A stretch of DNA of 63,836 bases, the filler included, from Octopus bimaculoides (lineage: Eukaryota): the NCBI RefSeq assembly GCF_001194135.2. It is 7 parts of 7 records of this genome, joined end to end, with 100 filler letters (N's around TTAATTAATTAA, not from the genome) between each part and the next. Parts side by side here need not be neighbours in the genome. Positions count along the whole stretch, not along the records: positions 1 to 18,076 come from NC_068989.1; 6 more parts are not named here. The stretch is one strand, 5' to 3'. Below are positions 1-11,469 of the stretch, one piece after another. Below the pieces are notes generated by a model. The model was not told the DNA's origin. It saw only the letters and a program-made list of their open reading frames with translations, and searched no databases. Each line of letters opens with the position of its first letter. Position 1 is the stretch's first letter. The translations under genes and the position numbers were made by a program.

Positions 1-320
1 CCGGGGGCTTTCCCGGTCTTCATACTCTTAATTGCTTTATCTACCCTGGTACTATCAACTCGGATAGCTGGTCCCTCTATTGGGTCGACATAAGGCAGGC
101 TCTCTTTCTCCCATTCATTCTCTTTATTAAGCAATCTATCGTAGTGGCATCTCCAGACCTCTTTCTTTGCATCCTCATTTAATGCAAGCGTACCATCATC
201 CATGCGAACACATTTCTCTCCTACAACATCACTATTCTCTCTCCTACACTGTCTTGCAACCCGAAATACCTCGAGTCTTTGGTCCTCACGGCGCAGAACA
301 TTGGCAAATCTTTCCTTTAT
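1..320 (-). mobile_element. RTE-clade LINE ORF2 segment (linker just before the RT domain), running off the left edge
   Basis: Stop-free frame of 106 codons: IKERFANVLRREDQRLEVFRVARQ...EVWRCHYDRLLNKENEW...VDKAIKSMKTGKAPG. The AIxxMKxGKAPG motif precedes RT in RTE-type ORF2. The 5' end abuts a (TA)n tract. Confidence 0.85.
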
Positions 321-867
321 CTACATATATAATATAATATATATTATATATTTGATATAATATATTATATATTGGTATATTATATATATAATATCAGTCA
401 TTCTATTACACCTACGCAGTGCATCTGGGACTGCATTATGCAATGTCTCAAATTTAAAAAAAATTATTTGTAATATGAGTCAGCTGCTATTTCTAGCAGG
501 TTTTCTATCTTGATAGAGGCTCTCTTGTTATTCAGCCTTGGCTCAATTCTGAACAAAAGTATTCCAACCAATCCCAGTTTTTTAAGAGAATATAGAACTA
601 CATAATCAAGTACAATCCTTATTGAAAGTGTAATGATTTAACCACCATTTCTAGTAAGTCAACCAACCACCTTGAACCACATACTATTTTTGTGCATCTG
701 GTTAATATCCAGCAGTGAAATGTATATCATGAAACATTATTTATTTCTATGAGTTTGGTATATTTATTGTCAACAGACTCAATAATAGCAGTCTTATTTC
801 TGTCAGGACTGGAGCTGACAGAAATACACTAACAACACACTCCTTACCTGACCGTGACATGGTAAGA

Positions 868-1219
868 CTCTCTTTTACTTGTTTCAGTCATTTGACTGTG
901 GCCATGCTGGAGCACCGCCTTTAGTCGAGCAAACCGACCCCCGGACTTATTCTTTGTAAGCCTAGTACTTATTCTATCGGCTCTCTTTTGCCGAACCGCT
1001 AAGTTACGGGGACGCAAACACACCACCATCGGTTGTCAAGCGATGTTGGGGGGACAAACATATATACAATGGGTTTCTTTCAGTTTCCGTCTACCAAATC
1101 CACTCACAAGGCTTTGGTCGGCCCGAGGCGATAGTAGAAGACATTTGCCCAAGGTGCCACGCAGTGGGAATGAACCCAGAACCATGTGGTTGGTAAGCAA
1201 GCTACTTACCACACAGCCA
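868..1219 (-). mobile_element. tRNA-derived SINE, family A (most abundant here), near full length
   Basis: Minus strand starts TGGCTGTGTGGTAAG (A box) ... GGTTCATTCC (B box), then CCTTGGGCAA (CORE-like), ending GAAACAAGTAAAAGAG. About 20 related copies or fragments occur in the window. Confidence 0.85.
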
Positions 1220-1648
1220 TTGTCATGAAAACTCTAGGAGTGATCTAATATTTAAGGATACACTTAGTGTTGTGTCAGCAATGAGCTAATGATGGGATTA
1301 GGAGAGAGAAGGTACACACAGATGGGGATAAAAAATAGGGAGAAAAACTGCTTATTTCACATTCTTAGGAAAAAAAGAGACTGTTACTACTGGATTGTGA
1401 AAAGTTGGGATCCTAAAGTGGAGATTGAAAGTAAAGTAGGGAACACATGGAATTGGGTTGGGACAGTAACTTGAGAAGGTGAAGGAGACACTTGCTGATA
1501 AGGACAGTAGCTAGTGTAATTTAGGGGACAGATATGTAAAGGTAACTTGCTAATATAAGTTAGAAGTAGATGATGTAATCCAGAGTTGCGCAATGAATTA
1601 TTTGTGTAAAAGAAAAAAAAAAAAATAGAGAAATAAAAATAGAACATC

Positions 1649-1654
1649 TTTATT
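1649..1654 (-). promoter_or_regulatory. IMP4: Candidate IMP4 polyadenylation signal AATAAA
   Basis: AATAAA on the minus strand 26 nt after the TGA, followed by a U-rich tract at about 1610-1625. Confidence 0.55.
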
Positions 1655-1680
1655 TATAAATCAATATAAGTTACAATAAT

Positions 1681-1796
1681 TCAAGTTTTCTCAGCTAAAA
1701 ATGTTCTTTTAGCTGTTGTCCTCATGTAAGGCTTGTAAACCCACTCAACATCTGCTGTGTCAACATTATCAATTGTTCCCTGGATTATTTTAAACA
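1681..1796 (-). CDS. IMP4: IMP4 exon 9 (last coding exon, TGA at 1683-1681)
   Basis: cttgcag|TG TTT AAA; (L)FKIIQGTIDNVDTADVEWVYKPYMRTTAKRTFLAEKT*, matching the IMP4 C-terminus (ADVEWxxxPYxxTAxKRxFL). Confidence 0.96.
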
Positions 1797-2153
1797 CTGC
1801 AAGTACAACAAAATAAGGTATAGATTTATTAGTAGTAGTAGTAGTAATAGTTGTGGTAGTAGTTATTCTTCTTTTAGTTTTGTTTCTGTTTCTTGTTGAG
1901 TGTCTTCCCAATGTCTAGGGCAAAGAAACTCACGATATACATTGGTAAGCCACTAAAATAAATACACTCAGTTGATCATTTACAAAACCAAATAAAGTTA
2001 TGTAAAAAAAAAAGAAGTTATTTACAGAAAAAGTTATTGTTCTCACAGCAACAATGTTCCTCTAAACATGTTTAATTTACCAGTTAAAACAATCTTTCAC
2101 ACTACTTGCAGGGATGGTAAACAAGAGATCATTCTTAAATAATTTTCTGTTTC

Positions 2154-2197
<44 letters not shown>

Positions 2198-2199
<2 letters not shown>

Positions 2200-2412
2200 G
2201 GCGGTGAGCTGGCAGAATTGTTATCACATCAGACAAAATTGCTTAGCGGTATTTCATCCATTTTTATGTTCTGAGTTCAAATGCTGCCAAGGTTGATTTT
2301 GTCTTTTATCCTTTCAGGGTCAATAAAAAAACTACCAGTTGAACACTGCGGTCAGGGTAATTGACTTATCTCCTTCCACAAAATTGCTGGCCTTGTACTA
2401 AAATTTGAAAAC
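2198..2412 (+). mobile_element. SINE family D fragment
   Basis: GAGTTCAAAT...TTTTATCCTTTCAGGGTCAATAAA...AAATTGCTGGCCTTGTACTAAAATTTGAAA. The same body recurs at about 15100-15350, 19995-20125, 28475-28600 and 47895-48085. Confidence 0.7.
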
Positions 2413-2444
2413 AGTTCTCTAAAAAGTCACCAATAGCAATGCAG

Positions 2445-3058
2445 ATTTGGACTGAGCACAAAAAATTCAAAGAGGAAGGCTGTCTGTGCAGGGCAAAAGG
2501 ATCTGGATGACCACTATCATCGGAAGAGACGGTTGAGCAGGTTCACCAAAAACTCTTGCAAAGCCCCAAGAAGTCCATAAGAAGAACAAGTCTGGAAACC
2601 CAGATTCCTCCAACCACAGTTTGGCACATCCTCAGGAAATGCTTGTTAATCAAACCCTACAACCTGCAGCTCGTTCAGGCAGATGACAAGCAAAAGCGCA
2701 AACATGGGGTTATGTGAAGGGCTTGGTTTGTCCCCACTTTTCCTGCAGACCTAGAGGAACTTGAGCAGAGAATCACTATCGCACTGGAGACTGTTACCCA
2801 AGACATGCTGCAGCATGTTTGGGAGGAGCTGAGGAGCTGGACTATGGGCTTCATGTGTACTGTGTCCCAGGCGGTGAGCATATTGAACATTTGTGAAATC
2901 GTTCATGGAATCCACATACCTTTGAATTTTTCACTCAGATTTGGAGGAATAAATCTTATGTTGCTCAATATTAAGCCTGTTTAGTTTCATTTGCTTTGAC
3001 TATGTAGTTTCTGTGATATTTACGTCTCAAATGATATCAAACTTTTTGAAACACCCTG
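2445..3058 (+). mobile_element. Internally deleted Tc1/mariner transposon (rosa/DD41D-like)
   Basis: KFKEEG...SEETVEQVHQKLLQSPKKSIRRTSLETQIPPTTVWHILRK..LIKPYNLQLVQ (HTH region) joins directly to WGYVKGLV..DLEELEQRITIALETVTQDMLQHVWEEL..HIEHL*. Ends in TIR ...TTTTTGAAACACCCTG|TA. The catalytic core is deleted, so the subfamily is tentative. Confidence 0.8.
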
Positions 3059-3065
3059 TATAAAT

Positions 3066-3112
<47 letters not shown>

Positions 3113-3444
3113 TATGAATATCTATGTGTGAGTGTCTTTGTGTCTGTGTTTGTCCCCCACCACTGCTTGGCCAATGGTGGTGTGTAATCTTGTAACCTAG
3201 CAGTTCAACAAAAGAGACCAATAGAACAAGTCCCAAGCTAAAAAAAAAAAAAAGATAATTCATTCGACTAAAAAATTCAAGGTGGTGCCCCAGCATGGCT
3301 GAAACAAGTAAAAGATAGAAAATAAAAGGAAACAAAATGATTGTTTATGCTAAGAATATCAGTGATAAAAGAAAACATTACACTTTGAAAATGGAGCTTA
3401 TAGTGTTTTGTATACATTTCAATAAATGATATAGTTTTACTTAC

Positions 3445-3521
3445 ATTTTAGCTCAAACCTTGGTCCAACTTCAGTTAATTCAATTTTTTTGGTTTCAGCA
3501 TTCTTTGAGTAAACATGATGC
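3445..3521 (-). CDS. IMP4: IMP4 exon 8
   Basis: ttctag|G CAT CAT ... CTA AAA T|gtaagt; (R)HHVYSKNAETKKIELTEVGPRFELK contains the Brix-family motif ELTEVGPRFELK; 77 nt. Confidence 0.97.
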
Positions 3522-3856
3522 CTAGAAAAATGAAGCCAAAGAATTGAAAACAGTTGAATAGAACAAACTTTTGCAACTTTAAAAACAAGATTTTGTTTGT
3601 TTGCTAGAATCTGAGAAAGGAAAGAACACATAAAATACACAACTGAACAAAAGGACAGAAATTACTTCATAATTGATATCGGCTGAATTAAAAATATAAA
3701 TATATAATTGATGTATTAATGTCTATAATTGATGCTCATTATATTCCAGAAAAGCTAACCCAATCTAAAATAAGTTTGTAAAATATTATAAAGGTTAGAG
3801 AAACTGCACAGAAAAAAAATATATAACTAATTAACAATGTGAAATAATATGAATAG

Positions 3857-3951
3857 GGTGTTGCCATCCGGTTTCACCAGTCCTCAGTCAAATCGTCCAA
3901 CCCATGCTAGCATGGAAGGCGGACGTTAAATGATGATGATGATGATGATGA
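3857..3951 (+). mobile_element. RTE LINE 3' tail fragment
   Basis: CCAGTCCTCAGTCAAATCGTCCAACCCATGCTAGCATGGAAGGCGGACGTTAAA(TGA)n, the same tail as the RTE copy at 4504-5645. Confidence 0.75.
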
Positions 3952-4503
3952 TTCAGATAACTATAATAAAAGTTCCTGTCTGATTTGGCTTGGTTTCTAT
4001 GTCAGGATGCTCTTCTTAACATCAACCACTTTACAGTGTGTGTTGGGTGCTTTTAATTGGCACAGGCGCTCTTATGTGGAAGTGGAACACGGCTCTTGCA
4101 GGCCAATCCTCTTCATCAGGGGGAGCAGCATTAGCGCTTCTGCTGTGGAGGGTGAGTCTTCTAGAGTTCAGCAAGGAGCCAGATATCTCAAAGTTTGCCT
4201 TGAACCTATGTGGGTCTGAACTCAATTCTACAGTATGGTACTGTGAGCAAGTGTCTTCTACTGTTGCCTCAGCTGACCAATAGACTACAAATAAAATTTG
4301 GTAGCTAGAAACTGTGTAGAAGCCCACTGTATATGCATGAGTGTGCCAGAGAGAAACTACCGAAAAATCAATGGGTCAAACACAGTGTTACACAGACATT
4401 CTCATCATTGGAAATGCAGTGACAGACTCTTTGGAAACCTGAAATCTGTGTTGCTATTGTTCACAAATGCATGATTGAGAGTAACTAAAAAAGCTAAAAA
4501 GAG

Positions 4504-5645
4504 ATCATCATCATCATCGTTTAACGTCCGTTTTCCATGCTAGCATGGGTTGAACAGTTCAACCAGGTTCTGGGAAGCCAGTGTTTCTACAGCTGGATGC
4601 CCTTCTTAACGCCAACCACTCCAACCACTCCATGAGTGTAGTGGGTGCTTTTTATGTGCCACCGGTACAGGGGCTAGAGGGGGCTAGCAATGGCCAGGAT
4701 CAGTTGGTGCTTTTTACATGCCACTGGCATGGAAGCTAGTCAAGGCGGCATTGGCATTGGCCACGTTCGCATGGTGCTTTTTACATGCCACAGGCACAGG
4801 TATCACAACTACAATTTCCATTTGATTTTCATTTTGATGTTGATGTACTTGACTCAATAGGTCCCTCAAGCACAGCAGGTTTCCCTATGATCCATGGTAA
4901 TTTTGAATGGGCTGGGATTGGTTATGCGAAACTGGTGTAGGATACAGCCGTGAATTCACTTTATTTGCTGGGTCTTCGCAGTCACAGCATATCTCCAGAG
5001 GTGTCAGTCTTTTGTCATTGCCTTTGTGAGGTCCAATGTTCAAAGGTCATGCTTGACCACCTCATCCCATGTCTTCCTGGGTCTACCTCTACCCCAGATT
5101 CCTTCAACTGTTTAGGAGTGGCACTTCTTCACACATCTCCCCTCATCCATTCATAGTACATGACCATACCAGCACAAACGTCTCTCTTGCACGCCACATC
5201 CAATGCTTCTTATGTCCAACATTTCTCTCAGGGTGCTTACACTCTGTGATGTATGCACACTGACATTACACATCCAGCGGATCACGCTAACTTCATTTCT
5301 TTCGAGCTTACACATGTCCTCCACAGTCACGGCTCATGTTTCACTGCCATGAAACATGGCAGTTTGCACACATGCATCGTACAATCTACCTTTCACTCTG
5401 AGTGAGAAGCCTTTGTAGGGGTAGAAGCTTTCTAAACTTTGCCCAGGCTCTCCTTATTCTAGTGGCAACACTCTCTGACCATCCACCCCAATTACTAACT
5501 TGGTCACCTAGGAAGCAGAAGCTATCAACTACTTCTAGTTTCTCCCGCTGGCATGTGATGGAATCTGTTTTCTGAGCATCTGTGGTGTTTATTGCCCCTG
5601 TGCATCTGGCGTACACGAAAGCTATTTTCTTGGTTAATCTTCTTT
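4504..5645 (-). mobile_element. 5'-truncated, degenerate RTE LINE in IMP4 intron 7
   Basis: REKLEVVDSFCFLGDQVSNWGGWSESVATRIRRAWAKFRKLLPL (RTE C-terminal RT/thumb region), with frameshifts further on, then a 3' UTR ending in the (GAT)n tail at 4504. Confidence 0.88.
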
Positions 5646-6584
5646 TGATGTTGCTGCACCTCTTATGTGTCCATAGCTTACACTGGGTACATCTTATATA
5701 AAAATAATATTTAGAAGTAAATGACTGAATACTAGTATAACAAAGTAAACAATCTAACTGCTCAGTGGGAAACTCTCTAATCAGAAAGCAACAAAAAAAT
5801 ACTATCTACTTGAGAAATAGAGAAGACATGAGTTATTTCCCTTACAATATCAACCTTTATTTCTTTCCACTAACATGTTATAACATTAAACAGTAGAGTC
5901 TATTACCATATAAATCATTTATTTATAGTTTGAATGACAATAAATCAGGTTCAATATAATTCTAGCTTCCACCTGGGTCGAGGGCAAGTCCAGTTATTGC
6001 TTTTGATTGACCAAACATAGATCAATGATGGATATTAAATAATATCTAGATTAAAACTGACAACTAATTAAGTGATATTGATATTTATCTCTAAGTTGTT
6101 CTTGAACCAGCAGGCTTATGACCAAAGACATTCCAACCACAATCATCCCATCTTTTATTCAGACATTGCTCAACATGTCTTTAGATGGAAGGGTATAGTT
6201 TAAGGGAGATTTGGCTGCTATTTTCAGCAAGTCAAGCAACCTTGTAGTAGATTCCTCATTAGATCATAGTTAAGGATTGTGCCAGAGACAGTGATCTGCA
6301 CTCACTAATCCCTCAGTGACCATACTTATAAAGAATTCCATTGGCTATGTTTCAATTAATTTCAAAATTAATCCAGAATTTTAGGATTTAGTTCAATAAT
6401 TAAAATGATTTGTCCATTATAAAATTTGTGTTTGGAACATAAAGTTCTCAGAAAGTGCAATGAAAAGATTAAATTTAAAAATCAAAGTTTTTAAACAAGA
6501 AGATTCATATGATGGAATCAGAGGTGGTAGTCACAAGTGGATTTATATCTAAAAGGGTGAAAAGAAAATTGCTGAAAAACTTAC

Positions 6585-6679
6585 CTGAATGAGATGAAAT
6601 CATCAGAATTAGAAAATGTCATAACACGTTTACTGTCTTCTTTTGGGACAGGATATAAATATTTTAGAATATTTTGCAC
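6585..6679 (-). CDS. IMP4: IMP4 exon 7
   Basis: ttctag|GTG CAA ... TTC AG|gtaag; VQNILKYLYPVPKEDSKRVMTFSNSDDFISF(R); 95 nt. Not in the ORF track. Confidence 0.96.
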
Positions 6680-7479
6680 CTAGAAAAATCATGTTAACAT
6701 CTTTTAATATAAACATCACCTACATGGAATACTTCATACCATCCACATCTTTATCTTAAAATATTTACATTAGGAAAAAAACAATTATCATGTACAAACA
6801 GTTTGTTTACATGTGTTTCAAGTTAAGGTGATCCCAAGATGTGTATTTTACTGGACAAAACAAGACACTTCTAAAGATAAAAATCTGCTGAAATGCTTTT
6901 AAAGCAAATTTAAAAGTTTGGGTTCAACTAATAGTTAATTAACTTATTTAGCATTCAGATTACTCTGTCAAATGTAATGCTTATTAATAGTTTTGAATTA
7001 ATCATGCAATATCTCATAGTTTCAAGATATCAATGATGTGATTGTTTATTTTTAGAATGACATTGTATGGTTGGTATGAGAGGCCAGATCCGACCAGTTT
7101 TAACTTAAAACAGGTAGAACATTTGAGCTGGATATGGCCAATTTAAACGGTAAACGGTTAATAGTTTCAGTGTGTTGTACATTCTGATAACAGGATATAC
7201 AGACACAAACACCACAGTCTGTAAAGTTAAAGAAAAGTTAATTCAATAAACAGAAATTCTGTAGGGAGTTATGCATATTTATATTTAATATATTTGACAA
7301 CAGATTCATCATTTAAACTATCAATATTCTCTTAGAGACATGATTTTAAAAGGATTAAAGAGCTCTTCTCCCTACCCTAATTCTCTTTTGTGTTTAGATG
7401 CATGCATTTATTATCCCACAATTACAGGGATTGGCAATTTAGTAACATAGAAATCAACACAAATTATTACTTCACTTAC

Positions 7480-7634
7480 TCTTCTTCCAAGCCGTGTACC
7501 AAAGTTGTGGAATATAAGGTGTGGGTAAGCTTCTGACATGGTTCCTACATCAAAGATATCATGTCTCATGACGACATTGAACATGGAAAAGTAAGCTGTC
7601 GGCCCATAGGGGAGATGAGAGATTGTTAATGCAT
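7480..7634 (-). CDS. IMP4: IMP4 exon 6
   Basis: atgtag|AT GCA ... AGA AGA|gtaagt; (D)[51 protein letters not shown]; 155 nt. Confidence 0.96.
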
Positions 7635-8632
7635 CTACATGGGAGAGAGAAGAAAGAATGAAATAAAGATGTGAACTTTTGAAGGGACTGTTTTACAGCA
7701 TAATACTATAAATCACTTGAACAGACACCACCATATTTACTGAAGCAGTGGTGAAAAACCCACTAAGACGATGTACAATATTGTATATGTGTAGGTGTGA
7801 ATAATTAGCATATTTTAGGAATTTTTAGAAAATTTTATATAAATTAGCTCACTTAGGTTAATTACTCAGACTCACTGACTTAAGAAGTTTACTTTTTGTT
7901 AGAAAAATTCTCCATCAAGTCTTTTACTACTGTCAGCACCACCTCCAAGAGTTTTGTCAATCAGACTGACTCCAGTTTCATTTCTGTCTCATGTTAGGTG
8001 CAGGCATGGCTTTATGATAATAAGTTTACTTTCCAACCACAAGGTTCCAGGTTCAGCTCCACTGCATGGCACCTTGGGTAAGTGTCTTCTACTACAGCCT
8101 TGGACCATACAAAGCCTTGTGAGATAGAAACCAAAAGAAGCACAATGTGCATACATGTGTGTTTCTTAGTGTTTGGGCCTCACCACTGCTTGACAACTGG
8201 TGTTGATGTGTTTACATCCACATAACTTAGTAGTTCAGTAAGAGACTGATAAAATAAATACCAGGCTTGAAAACAAATAGTGGGGTCGATTCATTCAACT
8301 AAAGTTCTTCAAGGTGCTGCATTCTGGTTAACATACACAGATACAAGATGGATTTTTGCATTGTTTCCATCAATCAAACATCCCTTACAATAAAATTGAT
8401 CAACACAGGAGCATAGTAGAAATGTTTACTGCTATGCCAAGCAGTGGGGTCAATTCCAGAATCACAGGATTATAAAACAAATTTAACCACACAACAATGT
8501 CTCAGCTAATATGTAAATGTTTAAATTTATAAGAATATTCCACCCACACCAGCTGGAACAAACTAAGTACATAACACTTGACGAAATGAAAACTTTTCAT
8601 CTCAAAAATAGAAAACTGAAGCTGTTTCTCAC

Positions 8633-8765
8633 CTGGAACTCCTCGATGTTCATGTAACAGGATCAAATCAGTGACATTATTGGCACGACAAGCATCTACT
8701 AACTGTTTCAGTTCATAATTTCCTCGATTGATTTTCTTACTGTTTGGCAAGATTAATCGAATTTC
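8633..8765 (-). CDS. IMP4: IMP4 exon 5
   Basis: ttgcag|GAA ATT ... CCA G|gtgag; EIRLILPNSKKINRGNYELKQLVDACRANNVTDLILLHEHRGVP; 133 nt. Confidence 0.97.
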
Positions 8766-8837
8766 CTGCAATAAAAGAATTATAATTATAATAATAATAA
8801 ACTGGTGAATGTAAACTGGACAGAGAAGGAATCCCAG

Positions 8838-8872
8838 AGCATGGAAAGCGGACGTTAAACGATGATGATGAT
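8838..8872 (+). mobile_element. 35-bp RTE 3' tail remnant in IMP4 intron 4
   Basis: AGCATGGAAAGCGGACGTTAAACGATGATGATGAT. Confidence 0.7.
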
Positions 8873-9212
8873 CAATATGACTTGCAGAAAATACCAATTC
8901 TATTTTTTGGTAGGTATTTAACATCTTTACTAGAATAATCATGAAATTTAATTCTGCAGTGAAAAGGTTTAATAGACTCTCTCTTTCTCTCTCACACACA
9001 TACATATATATATCAACTGAGGACAGTTCATAGCTTGCAGCTGCAACTTCTTAATTAAATAGGAGATTCAAGATATACAATCCAAGAGCTCTATCATGGT
9101 ATGTTGAAGAGTTATGACGAGAGATTAAAACTTGATTCATAGTGTTCTGTAGTCCTGTTCACCAGAAAATATAAACAGTTGATATAATGAAGCTTTTATG
9201 AAAATCACTGAC

Positions 9213-9322
9213 CTTGGCAAATTGTTTGAGTTTCGCACTAGGATCACGTGAAGTTGTGACCATTAACTGAGGGTCTTCAATACCAGCAGATTTATATTCA
9301 TCATCCATACTATTAATGATCC
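9213..9322 (-). CDS. IMP4: IMP4 exon 4
   Basis: ttacag|GG ATC ... GCC AAG|gtcagt; (G)IINSMDDEYKSAGIEDPQLMVTTSRDPSAKLKQFAK (IMP4 DDEY..G.EDP....TTSRDPS motif); 110 nt. Confidence 0.97.
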
Positions 9323-10318
9323 CTGTAACACAAGAGAATCGTGAAGTGTTAATAGTTTAAACAGTAAACAAGCATGATTGTGAGGTTAAGAAGTTTGCTT
9401 CCCAACCACATGGTTTTGAGTTCAGAGCCACAGTGTGGCATCTTGGGGAAGTGTCTTCTATCATAATTCTGGGCCGACCCAAGCCATGTGAATGGATTTG
9501 GTAAGCAGAAAACTGAAAGGAACGCATCAAATGTGTGGGTTTTATAATCATTTATTTCAGTCATTGGACTGTGGCTCTGCTGGGGCATTTCCTTAAAGGG
9601 CTTAGTCAAACAAATTTACTCCTGGTACATGTTTTTTGAGTCTGGTAATTATTCTATTGGTCTCTTGTGCTGAGCTACTAAGTTATGGAGATGTAAATAA
9701 ACCATCAGTAGTTGTTACATGGTGGAGATGGGGGCCACACTCACATTGATTGTGAAGCAAATTCTTAACCACACAGCCATACCCATATGGCTTTCTAATT
9801 ATTTAACAAGAAATATAATTATTTGTACAACTGAAACAATTCCAAATTAAATGATGTTTTTAGTTGTGGTAATTAATAGTAATTAGTTTTAAAATCTTTG
9901 CATAAAATGTAAGCAAAAACTAATGTTGCTGTGTTAAACAAGTTTTTTCAGAAAATCTTTTAGCCAAGAGGAAAGGCAGTGTCGATGATCCTTTTCAGGG
10001 CCTCCAAGACAGGTGGGAAGGAGAGAGAAAAATATCCTCAAACCAGAATCCGAGCCCAAAAATTTGCAACAGCTTGGACTCTATTAACAGCACCCAAAAT
10101 GCCAGTGACAGTGTTAAACCAGATGACAAATTAAGTCTTACCACCAAAGTAAGCCATGGCAGGACTGGAACCCTGAGCACAAAGAGCCAGGTCATATAAC
10201 TGCAAGGCATCTAGTCTGACATTATTCTTACAGTGCCATCAATTCTCTATATTGGATTGGTACTTTTTTAAATCAATCCTGAAAAGATGAAAGACAAAGC
10301 TGATCTCAACTAAGTTAT

Positions 10319-10490
10319 TTCATCATCATCATCATCATCATTTAACGTCCGCTTTCCATGCTAGCATGGGTTGGACGATTTGACTGAGGACTGGTAAACC
10401 AGATGGCTGCACAAGGCTCCAATCTGTTCTGATAAGGTTTCTACAGCTGGCTGTCCTTCCTAACGCCAACTACTCCGAGAGTGTAGTGAC
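10319..10490 (-). mobile_element. RTE LINE 3' end fragment in IMP4 intron 3
   Basis: Reverse complement of ...CCAGTCCTCAGTCAAATCGTCCAACCCATGCTAGCATGGAAAGCGGACGTTAAA(TGA)n. Confidence 0.8.
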
Positions 10491-10697
10491 CATTGAAAAC
10501 CACCACTTGCAGGGATTTTACTTGAGTCATTTCTCAGTTAATTCCAGTAAGACAGAATTTCAAGGCTGCAGCATTACCCCTACTCCTTTAACGAAACAAT
10601 AAAAAATGTGATATAAAATAAAAACAAACATTATATAAGGATATGACAATGGCAAAATTACGAAGTGACACAAAATATATAAAAACAAGAGACCTAC

Positions 10698-10781
10698 CAT
10701 CTGCTCCACTGTCATCCCATTCTGAACTTTTCTGGAGTCTAATGGCATCTTTCCTTATTTCAGGAGCAATAGGAAGATTTT
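10698..10781 (-). CDS. IMP4: IMP4 exon 3
   Basis: tttcag|AA AAT CTT ... GAT G|gtagg; (E)NLPIAPEIRKDAIRLQKSSEWDDSGAD; 84 nt. Confidence 0.95.
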
Positions 10782-11360
10782 CTGAAAAAGAGATCAAATA
10801 TAATACATAGAAAATTATGATGAGATAATGAAAGCAAAAATGACTCTTTATCATAAACAAGAGTAACTACTTAAAATAAAACACACTGAAATTTAATTTC
10901 TCACTCATGTTCTGAATAAGTAGTAAGAGAAGACAATTCAAAAAGCTAAAAAACATCAGCCCTAAATATTCATATGTAAATGATTTATATTTACTGGACT
11001 AAACCTCCAGATGGGAAGACATTGCAAATAATTGTTCTTGATGGAGGCAAGAGTTTAAAAAGAAGTGAGAAGTTGAGGCTCGTTACTGAAGAAAACATCA
11101 TCACAACACTGATGGGTAACACCTACAAATGTGGTTGCTACAGCTGTAATTGTCACTCCTGTATGGACTGTTATAGCCACAACAGTCACTATTCTATGAA
11201 CACAGATTGAGACAAAACTTTTCAGGTGCAGACTGATGGTCCCACAAGATGAAAGGATGCTACAGCAAGCCTCTAGCTTCTCTCAGCACACTAACATAGA
11301 ACAAACAGGTATAAAATCATATCTAAAAATAAGGAACAAGACCAATCACAAGCAGCTGAC

Positions 11361-11469
11361 CTTCAATTGACTGCAGCAGACGTTGTTTTTTCTCATGAAT
11401 AGTTCGTTCTTTGTCTTCAATTGCTTTACGATAAAGATATTCCCGCCGCAAACGGGCTTGACGTCTCAG
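11361..11469 (-). CDS. IMP4: IMP4 exon 2
   Basis: ttacag|CTG AGA CGT ... GAA G|gtcag; LRRQARLRREYLYRKAIEDKERTIHEKKQRLLQSIE, the canonical IMP4 N-terminus (MLRRxARLRREYLYRK); 109 nt. Confidence 0.97.

Noticed and set aside
4100-4125. CTGATGA on the minus strand (also about 30954-30960, and CTGATAA at about 53297)
   Set aside because: No properly placed GAAA with stem III and UH site; not hammerheads.
8502-9005. 167-aa ORF in the track
   Set aside because: Only 8633-8765 is IMP4 exon 5; the rest is intron read-through, including an RTE tail.
11000-11110. C-box-like GTGATGAT in IMP4 intron 2 (possible snoRNA)
   Set aside because: No D box CTGA or terminal stem at a suitable distance.
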